The notes under the pieces were generated by a model. The model was not told where the DNA came from and did no database searches. It saw only the letters and a program-made list of their open reading frames with translations. A program made the translations under genes and the position numbers. This document shows, in pieces, positions 1 to 9,224 of a stretch of 24,000 bases of DNA (its first letter is position 1; every line of letters begins with the position of its first letter). The DNA is from Sphingobium sp. CAP-1 (lineage in GTDB: Bacteria; Pseudomonadota; Alphaproteobacteria; Sphingomonadales; Sphingomonadaceae): positions 2,602,709-2,626,708 of the forward strand of contig NZ_CP046252.1 of assembly GCF_009720145.1 (NCBI RefSeq), read 5' to 3'.

Positions 1-195
1 GCCGTCGGGCGTCTCCTCGATCCGGTCGAGGCCGAGGGGATTGACATCGATCAGATGGGCCGGCGTTTCGATCTGCAATTTCATCAGGTCGAGCAGATTG
101 GTGCCGCCCGCGATGAAGCGCGCGCCCTGGATCGAGGCGGCCGCCTTCGCCGCCGCCGCCACGCTGGTCGCACGTTCATAGGTGAAGGGCTTCAT
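1..195 (-). CDS. Xanthine dehydrogenase/aldehyde oxidoreductase family FAD-binding subunit (PaoB/YagS-like). 5' part only; the gene continues past the left window edge
   Basis: Reverse translation from the ATG at 195..193 gives [65 protein letters not shown]. This is the typical N-terminus ([13 protein letters not shown]) of the flavoprotein subunit. The ATG overlaps the TGA of the upstream 2Fe-2S gene (ATGA at 192..195). It is absent from the ORF track because the window truncates it. Confidence 0.85.
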   Translation of the reverse strand, partial: MKPFTYERATSVAAAAKAAASIQGARFIAGGTNLLDLMKLQIETPAHLIDVNPLGLDRIEETPDG

Positions 196-821
196 GCCTT
201 TGCCTCCGCGGCGACATCGCGCATCGCGGCGATGATGTTGGGATAGGCGGCGCAGCGGCAGATATTGCCGCTCATCCGCTCGCGCAGTTCCGCGTCGTCG
301 ATCGCCACCCTGTCAAGGTCGGCGGTCGCATGGCTGGGTATGCCGGCCTCGATCTCCGCCAGCGCCGCCACCGCCGAACAAATCTGCCCCGGCGTGCAAT
401 AGCCGCATTGATAGCCGTCATGGACGATGAACGCCTTTTGCATCGGGTGCAGCGCGTCGGGCGTGCCCAGCCCCTCGATCGTCGTCACCTTCTCGCCGTC
501 ATGCATCACCGCCAGCGTCAGGCAACTGTTGATCCGCCGCCCTTCGACGATGACGGTGCAGGCGCCGCACTGGCCATGGTCGCAGCCTTTCTTGGTGCCG
601 GTCAGGTGCAGATGCTCGCGCAGCGCGTCGAGCAGGGTGGTGCGCGGATCGAGTTGCAGATGCGCTTCGCGTCCGTTGACGGTCAGTTCGACGGGGATCA
701 TCGGGGTTCCTTTGCCGGCCGTGGCGGCCGGGAGTTGGGCGTGCGAAAGGATCGGGCTTGCCGCAGCGATGGCCGCGCCGCCCCGCAACAGTCCGCGGCG
801 CGTGACATGATCGGACGGCAT
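192..821 (-). CDS. (2Fe-2S)-binding small subunit of a periplasmic molybdo-oxidoreductase (PaoA/YagT-like), with a Tat signal
   Basis: 209-aa ORF. Twin-arginine leader [15 protein letters not shown]. Two 2Fe-2S cysteine clusters ([11 protein letters not shown]; CGYCTPGQ...CRC). GGAGGA Shine-Dalgarno (rc of 828..833) lies 6 nt before the ATG. Confidence 0.92.
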   Translation of the reverse strand: MPSDHVTRRGLLRGGAAIAAASPILSHAQLPAATAGKGTPMIPVELTVNGREAHLQLDPRTTLLDALREHLHLTGTKKGCDHGQCGACTVIVEGRRINSCLTLAVMHDGEKVTTIEGLGTPDALHPMQKAFIVHDGYQCGYCTPGQICSAVAALAEIEAGIPSHATADLDRVAIDDAELRERMSGNICRCAAYPNIIAAMRDVAAEAKA

Positions 822-904
822 GGCTGATCCTCCCTGTTGATCTGCTGGTCACTACGAAGGGCGGCGGCAAATGATCCCGCCCGGCACGAGAAAATGTCCC
901 GGCG

Positions 905-932
905 AGTGTAGCAGATGTGCAGGACAGTCCAA
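905..932 (-). promoter_or_regulatory. Possible sigma70-type promoter for the paoAB-like operon (TTGGAC-N16-TACACT)
   Basis: rc of 927..932 is TTGGAC and rc of 905..910 is TACACT, with a 16-nt spacer, about 85 nt upstream of the ATG at 821. Hexamer match only. Confidence 0.3.
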
Positions 933-1154
933 CAGGCGTGAACCGATTCACCGTCAAAAGGCGTGATTCGCCATCCCATCGCGCAAAAATCAGGGCGCCC
1001 CGATCATTCCGATCAGTCAACATACGGAAAAGTTACGGTTTTCTGCGGCGCACAAGAGAATTTCATTTTTGTGCAATTCTTCCCTTGCCGATCCGGGAAA
1101 GCACTGCTAGTTCCCCGCCACCCGCCGAGAGGGACACATCCTCCGGCCGCCAGA

Positions 1155-1229
1155 GCGGGCGTAGCTCAGGGGTAGAGCACAACCTTGCCAAGGTTGGGGT
1201 CGAGGGTTCGAATCCCTTCGCCCGCTCCA
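1155..1229 (+). tRNA. tRNA-Gly (anticodon GCC), CCA encoded
   Basis: A 75-nt cloverleaf folds by hand. Acceptor GCGGGCG/CGCCCGC, D stem GCTC/GAGC, anticodon stem CAACC/GGTTG with loop TTGCCAA (GCC), T arm GAGGG-TTCGAAT-CCCTT, discriminator T plus CCA. Confidence 0.97.
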
Positions 1230-1418
1230 GTATTTTCAGTAGGTTAGCGTGAATGTCGTCCCGTATCGGGATGAACGCCCCACTGTATCCCCATTATTTT
1301 CTTCTCAAACCCCGTCTGCCTTCACCCCATGGGGCGGGGGGCATGAAGTCGCCTGCTCATTCTTACGACTGTTGCCAACCTTCACTGTTACATAAAAAAT
1401 TTCAAGATCACGCCTCGT

Positions 1419-2072
1419 GTGATCTATCATGCCTCCATGGCCACCCCTCCATCACAAACTGAACTCTACGCGAGTTTCATGTCGGAGATCAAAACGCGGC
1501 TGTCATATGTGCGCGACACGTTGCTCACGTTACGCCCATCAGCCAATCCCCCGCCTGAAGCCTATATGTTGGCTGAGGCTACGATACTCCAGATTCGTCT
1601 GGTATGTGAGTTGATCGGGTTAGCTGCCGCTGTTGCTCATCACCATTTGGGCTTGAGCAAAGACCTTCTCAAAAGCTGGCATATGGAAAGAACCTTTGGT
1701 TGGCTGGAAAAAGTAAATCCAGATTGCTTTCCCCGTGCGATCAATCCGATTGAACCGGGGCCAAGGCTAAACGTCGTTTTACAGCAAGATCGCCTGAACC
1801 GTCATGATTTAGAGAAAATCTATGTTCGGTGCGGAGAACTGCTTCATCGTGGCGCTTTGAAAGCAGCACTGACAGGTGGTGTCCGAGACTACAATATGAC
1901 CATGGTCAACAAATGGGCAGAGCAAATTCACGATCTCTTATCTCACCATATCGTTATTCCCCAAAAGGCCCAAGAATTCTGGATTGTCAGACTGCACTCC
2001 CCTCCTGACGGGGCCGTAGAGGTAGTGACGCTCGTAAAACCCACAAGCGTTACAGACTTGAATGACGACTAA
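1419..2072 (+). CDS. Hypothetical protein (orphan) in a low-GC islet; no family recognised
   Basis: 217-aa ORF from GTG 1419; the first ATG is at 1437 (MATPPSQ...), giving 211 aa. It is the only long ORF in a visibly AT-richer stretch. It contains one Rx5H match (RCGELLH), which is a weak HEPN-like hint only. Confidence 0.6.
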   Translation: MIYHASMATPPSQTELYASFMSEIKTRLSYVRDTLLTLRPSANPPPEAYMLAEATILQIRLVCELIGLAAAVAHHHLGLSKDLLKSWHMERTFGWLEKVNPDCFPRAINPIEPGPRLNVVLQQDRLNRHDLEKIYVRCGELLHRGALKAALTGGVRDYNMTMVNKWAEQIHDLLSHHIVIPQKAQEFWIVRLHSPPDGAVEVVTLVKPTSVTDLNDD

Positions 2073-2120
2073 GGCATATCAGCCGTGAGGGCTGCTACAT
2101 CACATTGCAGGGCCATCCGC

Positions 2121-2154
2121 CGATGAAGGCGGGGAACGTGCCTCGCCTTCATCG
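2121..2154. terminator. Perfect 11-bp stem hairpin between the islet gene and the TonB-dependent receptor stop; a terminator candidate without a U-tract
   Basis: CGATGAAGGCG (2121..2131) and CGCCTTCATCG (2144..2154) are exact reverse complements with a 12-nt loop. It lies 16 nt beyond the receptor stop codon. No flanking T-run on either strand. Confidence 0.45.
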
Positions 2155-2169
2155 AAAGATCCGGTCCGA

Positions 2170-4989
2170 CTACATCTTGAACCGGACGCCGAGGCTGAAA
2201 TAGCGTCCTTCGACCCGCAGATCGCGCGGGAAATATTGGGTTTCATTATAGTAGCGGTAATTGTTGAACGGTTGGCCCAGGATGTTGCTGACATTGCCGA
2301 CGATCGTGATCCCCTTGATCGCTTCATAGGAAGCGGAGAAATCGAGGCGGGAAATGCCGCGCGTAATCTCACCGGCATATTGATCTTCGTTCGAGTTCCG
2401 GTTGTAGCTGTTGATGAAGCTGGAGCGATGATTGTAGGACAGGCGGGCGGACACCGGCCCCTTTTCGTAGAAGCCGGTCAGGTTATAGGGCCATTTTGAC
2501 AGGCCGGTGATCCGCACCTGCCGCGCGCCTTCGCCCAGGATCGTCGGCAGCGCGTTGGTACCGTCGAGATAGGTCACATTGGCCTGAACGCCGAAACCGG
2601 ACAGGAAACCGGGCAGGAAGTCGAAAAAGGTCTGGAAGGAGGCTTCGGCGCCCTTGATTTCGCCCTTGCCGGCATTTTCCGGCCGGTTGATCTGGATGCG
2701 CCCATAATCCGGGTCCATCACGTCCCTTGTATAGTTGCTGATGAAGCCCTGAAGATCGCGGTAAAAGACCGCCAGTGTCGCCGACCCGTTCCTGGAGAAA
2801 TAATATTCGAGCGTGGCGTCATAATTGTCCGATGTCAGCGGCTTGAGGTTCGGATTGCCGCCACTGCCGAACGCGGCATATTGGGGCGGTGATCCGTCGG
2901 GTCCGGGGCTGTTGCGGGTGATATTGAGCGAGGGATTGAGCTGGCCGAAGCTTGGCCGCGTCCGTGTCTGGTTGAAGGCGAGGCGCACCTGGAATTGAGG
3001 CGTCAACCGGATGCGCGTCTGGATCGAGGGCAGGACATCGAGATAATTCTGGCGCGACACCTGCGGGACGATCTGGGCGGTGCCGTCGGTGCCATTCACC
3101 CGCGAGAAGCCGGAATAGCGGCCATCGGTGTTGACCACCCGCACACCGAAGGTGCCGTCCGCGGTGATGCCGCCAAGGTCGAACGCATATTTGCCCTGGC
3201 CATAGAGGGCGTAGCTGGCTTCCCTGGCGGTAAAGCCATTGAGGGGATCGACCGGAATTTCCTCGGTCGCGAATTTGGTCACGGCATCGCGTATGCCGCC
3301 GTCATTGGGGAACATGACGGTGAGTTGCTGCACCGAGGCATAGGCCAGTTGCCGCAATGCCTCGACATTGTCGCGGATCGCGCCGCGCGTGGGCATCAGC
3401 CAGTTCTGGAAGCGTTGCGGATCGCCCCGGAAGCCATCATTGATCAACTGGAGTTCGCCGGTCGGCAGGTTCGCCAATGGAAGGCCAAGGCCGGCCGTAT
3501 AGGCATAGCGATTGTTATTCTGCATGAGCGCGGTGCGATCGCTCGCACGGATGCCGACCTGAATCCTGGGCAGCCAGTCGCTGTCGGTTTCAAGATCGAG
3601 ATCGAGCCGGCCCTGCACGCCGTCGCCCTTGGTGACGAAGTGCCGTTGATAATAGCCGCGCCAGCGGTAATTGGCCGGGTTGGTCTTGTCGAAATCGCCC
3701 AGATCGAAAATGGCCGAACCCTTCACGTCCCATTCGACATTGATCGTCGGCGCGCTGGCGAGTTGCGCGTCGACGCTGTCCTCGTCGGCCTCATATTTGC
3801 TGTAGGTATAGGCGAAATCACCCGACAGGGTCGCGCGCCCGCTATTCCATTTGAAACCCAGCGCCGCCTGATAGGTATCGGTCTGGTCATCCTGGGTCGA
3901 GCGGAAGAATTCGGGCACATAGCCGCCGGTCTTGGTAAAGCTGGCGGCCTTGAGCGGTTCGCCGTCGACCAGCACGACATTGCTCAGTGTAGGCGCCACG
4001 CCATTGATATCGCGGCGCTCGAAATTGACGTTGAAGCCGTCGCGCAGCACCTTGCCGCGATAGGCCTGCCACAGGCCTTCCGCATAGATTTCCAGATCCG
4101 GCGTCGGGCGCCACTGGATGGCGCCGTTGACGGCGGGCCGATGCCGCACGCCCTTTTCATAGAAATTGCCGGCATTGGCGGGAAAGCGGAAATTGCCGAC
4201 GCCCGGCGTTGTCACCGTCATGTCGTCGGACGGATCGTTCGTGCCAAAGCCCAGCGGGCTGATGACGGCGGAATCCGCATAGCGATCCGCATTGCGATAG
4301 GTCATGCGGACATAGCTGACATTGACCAGCGCGCCGATTTCGCCGACCGGCGTGTCCCAGCGTTTGGTCAGCAACAGGTTGGCCGACGGGTCGAAGCTTC
4401 TGGACTGGTCATTATAGGAGCCGCGGACTTCGCCTGCTATCTCCGTATCCTTCACGTCGAACGGCCGGCGCGCGCGCAGGTTGATCAGGCCGGCCAGACC
4501 CGGTTCGATAAGGTCGGACGTGCCGGACTTATAGACTTCAAGCCCGGCCGCCACGCCCGCCGGGAAATCCTGCAAATGCAGCACGCGGTCGTCGGCGGTG
4601 AAAAATTCCCGGCCGTTGAAGGTCGTGTTCACATCGGGCAGGCCGCGTACCAGCACGACGCCGGCTTCATCATTGTAGCGCAGCACCTGAACGCCAACCA
4701 CGCGCGAAATCGCCTCTGCGGCATTGTTGTCGGGAAGCTTGCCGATATCTTCCGACACGATCGCATCGACGATGGCGTCGGACTGGCGCTTCATTTCCTG
4801 CGCAGAACCGAGCGCGGCGCGATAGCCCGTCACCACAATATCGGAAACCGGCACGGAATCGATCGTCTCCGCACTCCTCTTTTTCGCGGAGGGCGCATCA
4901 TCTGCGGCATCCTGTGCCAGGGCCGGCACGGTCAGGAGAAGCGACGCCAGCGACGTGGAGCCGAGCAATGCAACGGTTTTGAAATTCAT
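2170..4989 (-). CDS. TonB-dependent outer-membrane receptor, predicted fructan/fructo-oligosaccharide or sucrose uptake
   Basis: The ORF track gives 2170..5067. The preferred start is ATG 4989 (MNFKTVALLGSTSLASLLLTVPALAQD signal peptide) with GGAGG 6 nt upstream. It has a TonB-box-like DIVVTG, plug-domain motifs and a long beta-barrel. Substrate is inferred from operon context only. Confidence 0.93.
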   Translation of the reverse strand: MNFKTVALLGSTSLASLLLTVPALAQDAADDAPSAKKRSAETIDSVPVSDIVVTGYRAALGSAQEMKRQSDAIVDAIVSEDIGKLPDNNAAEAISRVVGVQVLRYNDEAGVVLVRGLPDVNTTFNGREFFTADDRVLHLQDFPAGVAAGLEVYKSGTSDLIEPGLAGLINLRARRPFDVKDTEIAGEVRGSYNDQSRSFDPSANLLLTKRWDTPVGEIGALVNVSYVRMTYRNADRYADSAVISPLGFGTNDPSDDMTVTTPGVGNFRFPANAGNFYEKGVRHRPAVNGAIQWRPTPDLEIYAEGLWQAYRGKVLRDGFNVNFERRDINGVAPTLSNVVLVDGEPLKAASFTKTGGYVPEFFRSTQDDQTDTYQAALGFKWNSGRATLSGDFAYTYSKYEADEDSVDAQLASAPTINVEWDVKGSAIFDLGDFDKTNPANYRWRGYYQRHFVTKGDGVQGRLDLDLETDSDWLPRIQVGIRASDRTALMQNNNRYAYTAGLGLPLANLPTGELQLINDGFRGDPQRFQNWLMPTRGAIRDNVEALRQLAYASVQQLTVMFPNDGGIRDAVTKFATEEIPVDPLNGFTAREASYALYGQGKYAFDLGGITADGTFGVRVVNTDGRYSGFSRVNGTDGTAQIVPQVSRQNYLDVLPSIQTRIRLTPQFQVRLAFNQTRTRPSFGQLNPSLNITRNSPGPDGSPPQYAAFGSGGNPNLKPLTSDNYDATLEYYFSRNGSATLAVFYRDLQGFISNYTRDVMDPDYGRIQINRPENAGKGEIKGAEASFQTFFDFLPGFLSGFGVQANVTYLDGTNALPTILGEGARQVRITGLSKWPYNLTGFYEKGPVSARLSYNHRSSFINSYNRNSNEDQYAGEITRGISRLDFSASYEAIKGITIVGNVSNILGQPFNNYRYYNETQYFPRDLRVEGRYFSLGVRFKM

Positions 4990-5114
4990 GATTATCCTCC
5001 CTGTACTTATGGCTGCACTGGACGCACGACGCCGCGTTCCGGCTGTCTGCGTCAGCGGAAATTCCAAGTCATTCGATTGGATCGGGCTGTTTCAGCCGGG
5101 GCTTGAACGGATCG

Positions 5115-6623
5115 TCAGTGGGGCACCTCCTGCCTGATCGGCCAGGCGGTTACGTCCATTGTCGCCGTCCCGCCGCGCGCCGACGCGCTCCACCGCAGGG
5201 GGCCGGACGCCCTGAAGAAGCGATCGGTGATCGTCTGCTCGCCATCGTTGATGAACAATTCGACGATCGATTCATCGACCAGCAGGCGAAGCGACACCTT
5301 GCCCTTGCTCAGGTCCACCGGCGCCACATGCCGGTTCGCAAATCCGTCATGGAAATGCGGACCCGAACGGGAGCGATCGACGAACACCTCGTTCACCGTC
5401 GGATTGACGCCGATCACCGTCTGATAGCCCTCTCCATCGGTCAGGGTGATCGACGCCTGCTCGGCAGCGCTCCATGCCAGATCCGCCTTCAGGTCGATGG
5501 CTCCGCCGTCGACTGGCAGCGCAACAGGCGCATCGCCGAGGTGAAACTGCTGCCTGACCTGCGCGGTCCCCCGCAATGCCTCCAGCTCGCGCACGGGCCG
5601 CTGCGTCAGGCGATAGCCATGGGCGGTATTTCTGAGCGAGATGGTGCGCGGCACGGTCATGATCCCGCGCGACGGATAGGTCGGGATCGCTTCGGCATAG
5701 CGCCAGTCATTGGCCCAGCCGATCCAGATGCGGCGCGGATCATCCCTGGGCAGGTCGTTCCAGGCGACGGCGGCATAGAAGTCGGCGCCATAATCGGTCC
5801 AGACCGGATCGCCGCCCCAGCCATCGACCGGGGTGAAGCGCCGGCCATCGAAATCGCCGACGAAATATTGGCCGCCCGAACCGCCGCCCACGGCCTGATC
5901 CCCCAGATTGACGCTCAGCACCCAGCGCTGCTCGCCCGGTTTCCCGCCTTCGACCGGCAGCAGGTTGAGGTCGGGACACTCCCAGTTCCGCCCCTTGCCG
6001 CCCGCGGGACCAAAGCTGCTGGCGAAGGTCCATTGTTTAAGATCGGGCGAGGTGAAGAACAAAGCCCGGTTTTCAAGAGCCATGACCGCGATCATCACCC
6101 AGGATTTGGTCGGTTCGTGCCAGAATATCTTGGGATCGCGAAATTCGGATGAACCAACGCTCAGCACCTCGCCATGCACGGTCCAGCTCCGCCCGCGATC
6201 ATTGCTATAGGCCAGATATTGGGACTGGAGCCGGGCCTTGGGATTGTGGCCGGTATAGATGGCGATCATCGGCGGCTTGCCGCCCCGGCCAAAGCCACTG
6301 CTGTTCTTCCAGTCGATCACCGCGCTGCCGGAGAAGGCCATGACATCGGCGGTTTCGGGGATCGCGACCGGCAATTCCTGCCAGCTTACCAGATCCCGGC
6401 TGACCGCATGGCCCCAGCTCATATGACCCCAGCGATCGCCATGGGGATTATATTGATAGAAGAGATGATACTCCCCTTCAAAATAGACCAGCCCGTTGGG
6501 GTCGTTCATCCAGTTCCGCTTGGGCGCGAAATGATAGGCCGGGCGGGGGTCGGCCCGTTGCGCTTCGGCCTGCACCGGGACCATCAGGGCCGCCGTCGCC
6601 AGCAGGAAAATCTTTCCGATCAT
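5115..6623 (-). CDS. Glycoside hydrolase family 32 (beta-fructofuranosidase/levanase/invertase type), secreted to the periplasm
   Basis: All three GH32 catalytic motifs are present: WMNDPNG, FRDPKIFW and WECPDL. Sec signal MIGKIFLLATAALMVPVQAEA from ATG 6623. This ATG overlaps the MFS stop (ATGA at 6620..6623). The 22-aa extension in the ORF track (to 6689) is rejected. Confidence 0.93.
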   Translation of the reverse strand: MIGKIFLLATAALMVPVQAEAQRADPRPAYHFAPKRNWMNDPNGLVYFEGEYHLFYQYNPHGDRWGHMSWGHAVSRDLVSWQELPVAIPETADVMAFSGSAVIDWKNSSGFGRGGKPPMIAIYTGHNPKARLQSQYLAYSNDRGRSWTVHGEVLSVGSSEFRDPKIFWHEPTKSWVMIAVMALENRALFFTSPDLKQWTFASSFGPAGGKGRNWECPDLNLLPVEGGKPGEQRWVLSVNLGDQAVGGGSGGQYFVGDFDGRRFTPVDGWGGDPVWTDYGADFYAAVAWNDLPRDDPRRIWIGWANDWRYAEAIPTYPSRGIMTVPRTISLRNTAHGYRLTQRPVRELEALRGTAQVRQQFHLGDAPVALPVDGGAIDLKADLAWSAAEQASITLTDGEGYQTVIGVNPTVNEVFVDRSRSGPHFHDGFANRHVAPVDLSKGKVSLRLLVDESIVELFINDGEQTITDRFFRASGPLRWSASARGGTATMDVTAWPIRQEVPH

Positions 6624-7969
6624 GCCTGTACGCTCCCCAGATCCATGTCCTCCAGCGCCACGCCGTTGGTTTCCGGCATGGCCTTCCACGTCCAGAAAAA
6701 CTGAAGCAGCATCATCGCGCCGAAAAAGGCGAATACCCAGCCGCCGACGCTGGCTGCAAACACCGGAAAGGCCCAGGTGATCGCGGCGGCCATGACCCAG
6801 TGGGTCGTGCTGCCCAGCGCCTGGCCCTTGCCCCGGACCGCGCTGGGGAACACTTCGGAAATGAATACCCAGATGACGGCCCCCTGGGACATGGCGAAGG
6901 CGGCGATGAAACCCAGTAGGCCGACCAGGATCAGCGTGCCGTCAGGCCGGGCGCTTTCCAGTTGGTAGCCAACGAGAAACAGGGCGGCGGCGCAAAGGAT
7001 GGACCCCATGTAGAGCAGCGGCTTGCGGCCGAACCGATCGATCAGGAACAGCGCGAGGATCGTGAAGATCAGGTTGGTCCCGCCAATGGCGATGGATTGC
7101 AACAAGGCGCTGTCCGTGCCTGCTCCGGCCAGTTCGAAGATGCGGGGCGCATAATAGAGCAGCGCATTGATCCCGGAGAGCTGGTTGAACATGGCGATGG
7201 CGATGGCGCAGGCAACCGGCCGGGCATAGGCGGCCTGGAACAATCCCTGCGTCACGGTCCGGTCGACCCGTGCCTCGGCCGCCTGAATGTGGCGAATTTC
7301 GCGCGCCGGATCGAGAAAGCCCAGCCTGTTCATGACGTTCAGCGCCTGCGGTCCCCGACCATGGATCGCCAGCCAGCGCGGGCTTTCCGGCAGCAACAGG
7401 CTGACGACAAGAAACAGGGCCGATGGCAGGGTAACGATGCCGAACATCCATCGCCATGCCGTATCGGCGGGGGCCAGCCCGGCGATCAGATAGTTGGAGA
7501 GGAATGCGATCAATATGCCGGTGACGATATTGAGCTGATTCAGCGCCACGAGCCGTCCCCGGAAGCGCGCCGGCGACACTTCCGCGATATAGATGGGCGT
7601 CACCACGGAGGCCGCGCCGATCGCCAGTCCCCCCAGGAAGCGGAAGGCCAGGAGTGTGATCCAACTGCCGGCAAGGCCGGTTCCCAGTGATGAGACGACA
7701 TAGCAGATCGCGACCGTCAGCATGACCGCGCGGCGGCCGAAACGGTCAGCGGGCGCGCCGGCGACCAGCGAGCCAAGCACGGTGCCGATAAGGGCCGAGG
7801 CGACGGTGAAGCCCAACATGCCATCGGTGAGGCCAAATCGGGCCTGCAACGCGGAGGTCGTGCCGGAAATGACGGCCGTATCGAAGCCGAACAACAGGCC
7901 GCCGAGCGCCGCGCCGGCCGCACTCAGGATGATCGCGGCGGTGACGCGGGCGTCGCTTGCCCCGCCCAT
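6620..7969 (-). CDS. MFS sugar porter family transporter (sugar:H+ symporter), predicted fructose importer
   Basis: Sugar-porter signatures GGLLFGFDTAVISG, DRFGRR, PESPRWL and PETNG, with about 12 hydrophobic segments. Start chosen at ATG 7969 (MGGASDARV...). The 74 extra N-terminal residues in the ORF track overlap the fructokinase gene and look non-coding. Confidence 0.9.
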   Translation of the reverse strand: MGGASDARVTAAIILSAAGAALGGLLFGFDTAVISGTTSALQARFGLTDGMLGFTVASALIGTVLGSLVAGAPADRFGRRAVMLTVAICYVVSSLGTGLAGSWITLLAFRFLGGLAIGAASVVTPIYIAEVSPARFRGRLVALNQLNIVTGILIAFLSNYLIAGLAPADTAWRWMFGIVTLPSALFLVVSLLLPESPRWLAIHGRGPQALNVMNRLGFLDPAREIRHIQAAEARVDRTVTQGLFQAAYARPVACAIAIAMFNQLSGINALLYYAPRIFELAGAGTDSALLQSIAIGGTNLIFTILALFLIDRFGRKPLLYMGSILCAAALFLVGYQLESARPDGTLILVGLLGFIAAFAMSQGAVIWVFISEVFPSAVRGKGQALGSTTHWVMAAAITWAFPVFAASVGGWVFAFFGAMMLLQFFWTWKAMPETNGVALEDMDLGSVQA

Positions 7970-8000
7970 CCCATGGGCTGCGTGATCCGGTAGGGAGGGA

Positions 8001-8981
8001 CTATGCAAGTGCAGCTCCTGACAAAGAAGATTGGGCCGGAAAGGACGGCCGTCCAACGGACCAGTGCATCGGCCACTGGCGCGTCGCGGTTCGATAGGCG
8101 AGGGCAAGGGCGCCGGTGAGACCCGCCGATGCACCCGCCGTGGGGACGGCGATATAGTCGTCCATCTGAAGGGATCGCATACTGGCGTCATAGCCCGCCA
8201 GCTTGATGGTCAATGCGCGCCGGACACGATCATACATGTCGGGCGCTTCCATGACGCCGCCGCCGATGATGATGCGGTCGGGCCGCACGACATAGGACAG
8301 CGTCGCGCACAGACCCGCCAGATAGTCGGCTTCGATATCCCAGCCGGGATGATCGGGCGGCAGTTGTTCAGCCGGCACGCCCCAGCGCGCACGCATCGCC
8401 GGCCCGCAGGCAAGGCCTTCCAGGCAATCACCGTGGAAGGGACAGATGCCGGGAAACAGATCGTCGCCCGCCGCGCGCGGCAGCCGGATATGCCCGACTT
8501 CGGGGTGATTGGCGCCGCCATGCGGCGCGCCATCGATCAGCAGGCCGACGCCGATCCCCGTGCCCACGGTCACATAGCAGAATGTATCCAGCCCCTGCCC
8601 GCTGCCGAACAGTCTTTCCCCGACCGCTGCACAGTTCACATCCGTATCGATCGCCATCGGCGCACCGACGATCGGTGAAAAATGGCCGAGCAGGTCGACA
8701 TCCTGCCAGCCGACCTTGGGCGTGGACGTGATGCAGCCATAGTCCCCGGCGACGGGGTTGAGCGACAGGGGGCCAAAGCTGCCGATCGAGAAGGCCGACA
8801 AGGGGCCAAGATCAGCCCCGGCCTGCGCAAAGAAGGCGCTCGCGGCGCCCAGCGTATCGGCCGGAACAGTTGTTGATATCCGTTGCTGGCGAATAATATG
8901 CCCATCGCGGTCGGCAATGCCGCACAGGAATTTGGTGCCGCCCGCTTCAATCGCGCCAAGAAGAAGGTTTTCAGACTGCAT
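8001..8981 (-). CDS. ROK-family fructokinase
   Basis: N-terminal ATP motif GAIEAGGTKF. ROK zinc motif GHIRLP...CPFHGDCLEGLACGP. It is the first gene of the operon with the MFS, GH32 and receptor genes. Confidence 0.88.
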   Translation of the reverse strand: MQSENLLLGAIEAGGTKFLCGIADRDGHIIRQQRISTTVPADTLGAASAFFAQAGADLGPLSAFSIGSFGPLSLNPVAGDYGCITSTPKVGWQDVDLLGHFSPIVGAPMAIDTDVNCAAVGERLFGSGQGLDTFCYVTVGTGIGVGLLIDGAPHGGANHPEVGHIRLPRAAGDDLFPGICPFHGDCLEGLACGPAMRARWGVPAEQLPPDHPGWDIEADYLAGLCATLSYVVRPDRIIIGGGVMEAPDMYDRVRRALTIKLAGYDASMRSLQMDDYIAVPTAGASAGLTGALALAYRTATRQWPMHWSVGRPSFPAQSSLSGAALA

Positions 8982-9224
8982 GGATTACTCGCGCAGATAT
9001 GCTGGCGCACAGGTCGGAGAGTCCGTGGCCAGGCAATAGTGGGGAAGATCCGGCGTCGCAGGCGACCGATCAGCCGCCTGGAAGCAGGATATCGACGGCC
9101 AGCGGCAGGCTATCGCACTGCCGCACAGTAGTCGCTGGATCAATGTCGTTGAATTGCCTGCCAAGTTACCCTCATCCCTGTCCGGCAGCACATATTTATG
9201 CTTGCCGTCGCTCGGTGCGACACA

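Noticed and set aside
822-1154. Possible Moco riboswitch or other structured leader upstream of the molybdo-oxidoreductase operon
   Set aside because: I could see only short inverted repeats (for example GTGAA-N4-TTCAC at about 940..953 and GCACAA...TTGTGC at about 1049..1075). I cannot recognise the conserved Moco-motif helices by eye, so the call is not supportable without a covariance-model search.
917-1252. 111-aa plus-strand ORF and neighbouring small ORFs (963..1175, 1253..1462) around the tRNA
   Set aside because: The ORF runs through the tRNA-Gly gene, and none has a Shine-Dalgarno sequence or a recognisable domain.
1230-2169. Direct repeat of the tRNA-Gly 3' end (att site) delimiting the low-GC islet
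   Set aside because: I looked for copies of GGTTCGAATCCCTTCGCCCGCTCCA or substantial parts of it downstream and found none. The islet boundaries therefore rest on composition only.
2995-5106. 703-aa plus-strand ORF antisense to the TonB-dependent receptor
   Set aside because: The protein is Arg/Ala/Gly-rich, low-complexity and motif-free. Long stop-free antisense frames are expected in GC-rich coding DNA. The minus-strand frame carries clear receptor motifs, a signal peptide and a Shine-Dalgarno sequence.
6620-8191. N-terminal extensions in the ORF track (MFS +74 aa; fruA +123 aa; fruK +69 aa; second GH32 +67 aa; receptor +26 aa; first GH32 +22 aa)
   Set aside because: The extensions overlap the upstream genes, are Arg/Pro-rich, and would bury signal peptides or conserved N-terminal motifs. 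Internal ATGs with Shine-Dalgarno sequences or ATGA/TGATG coupling give family-typical N-termini.
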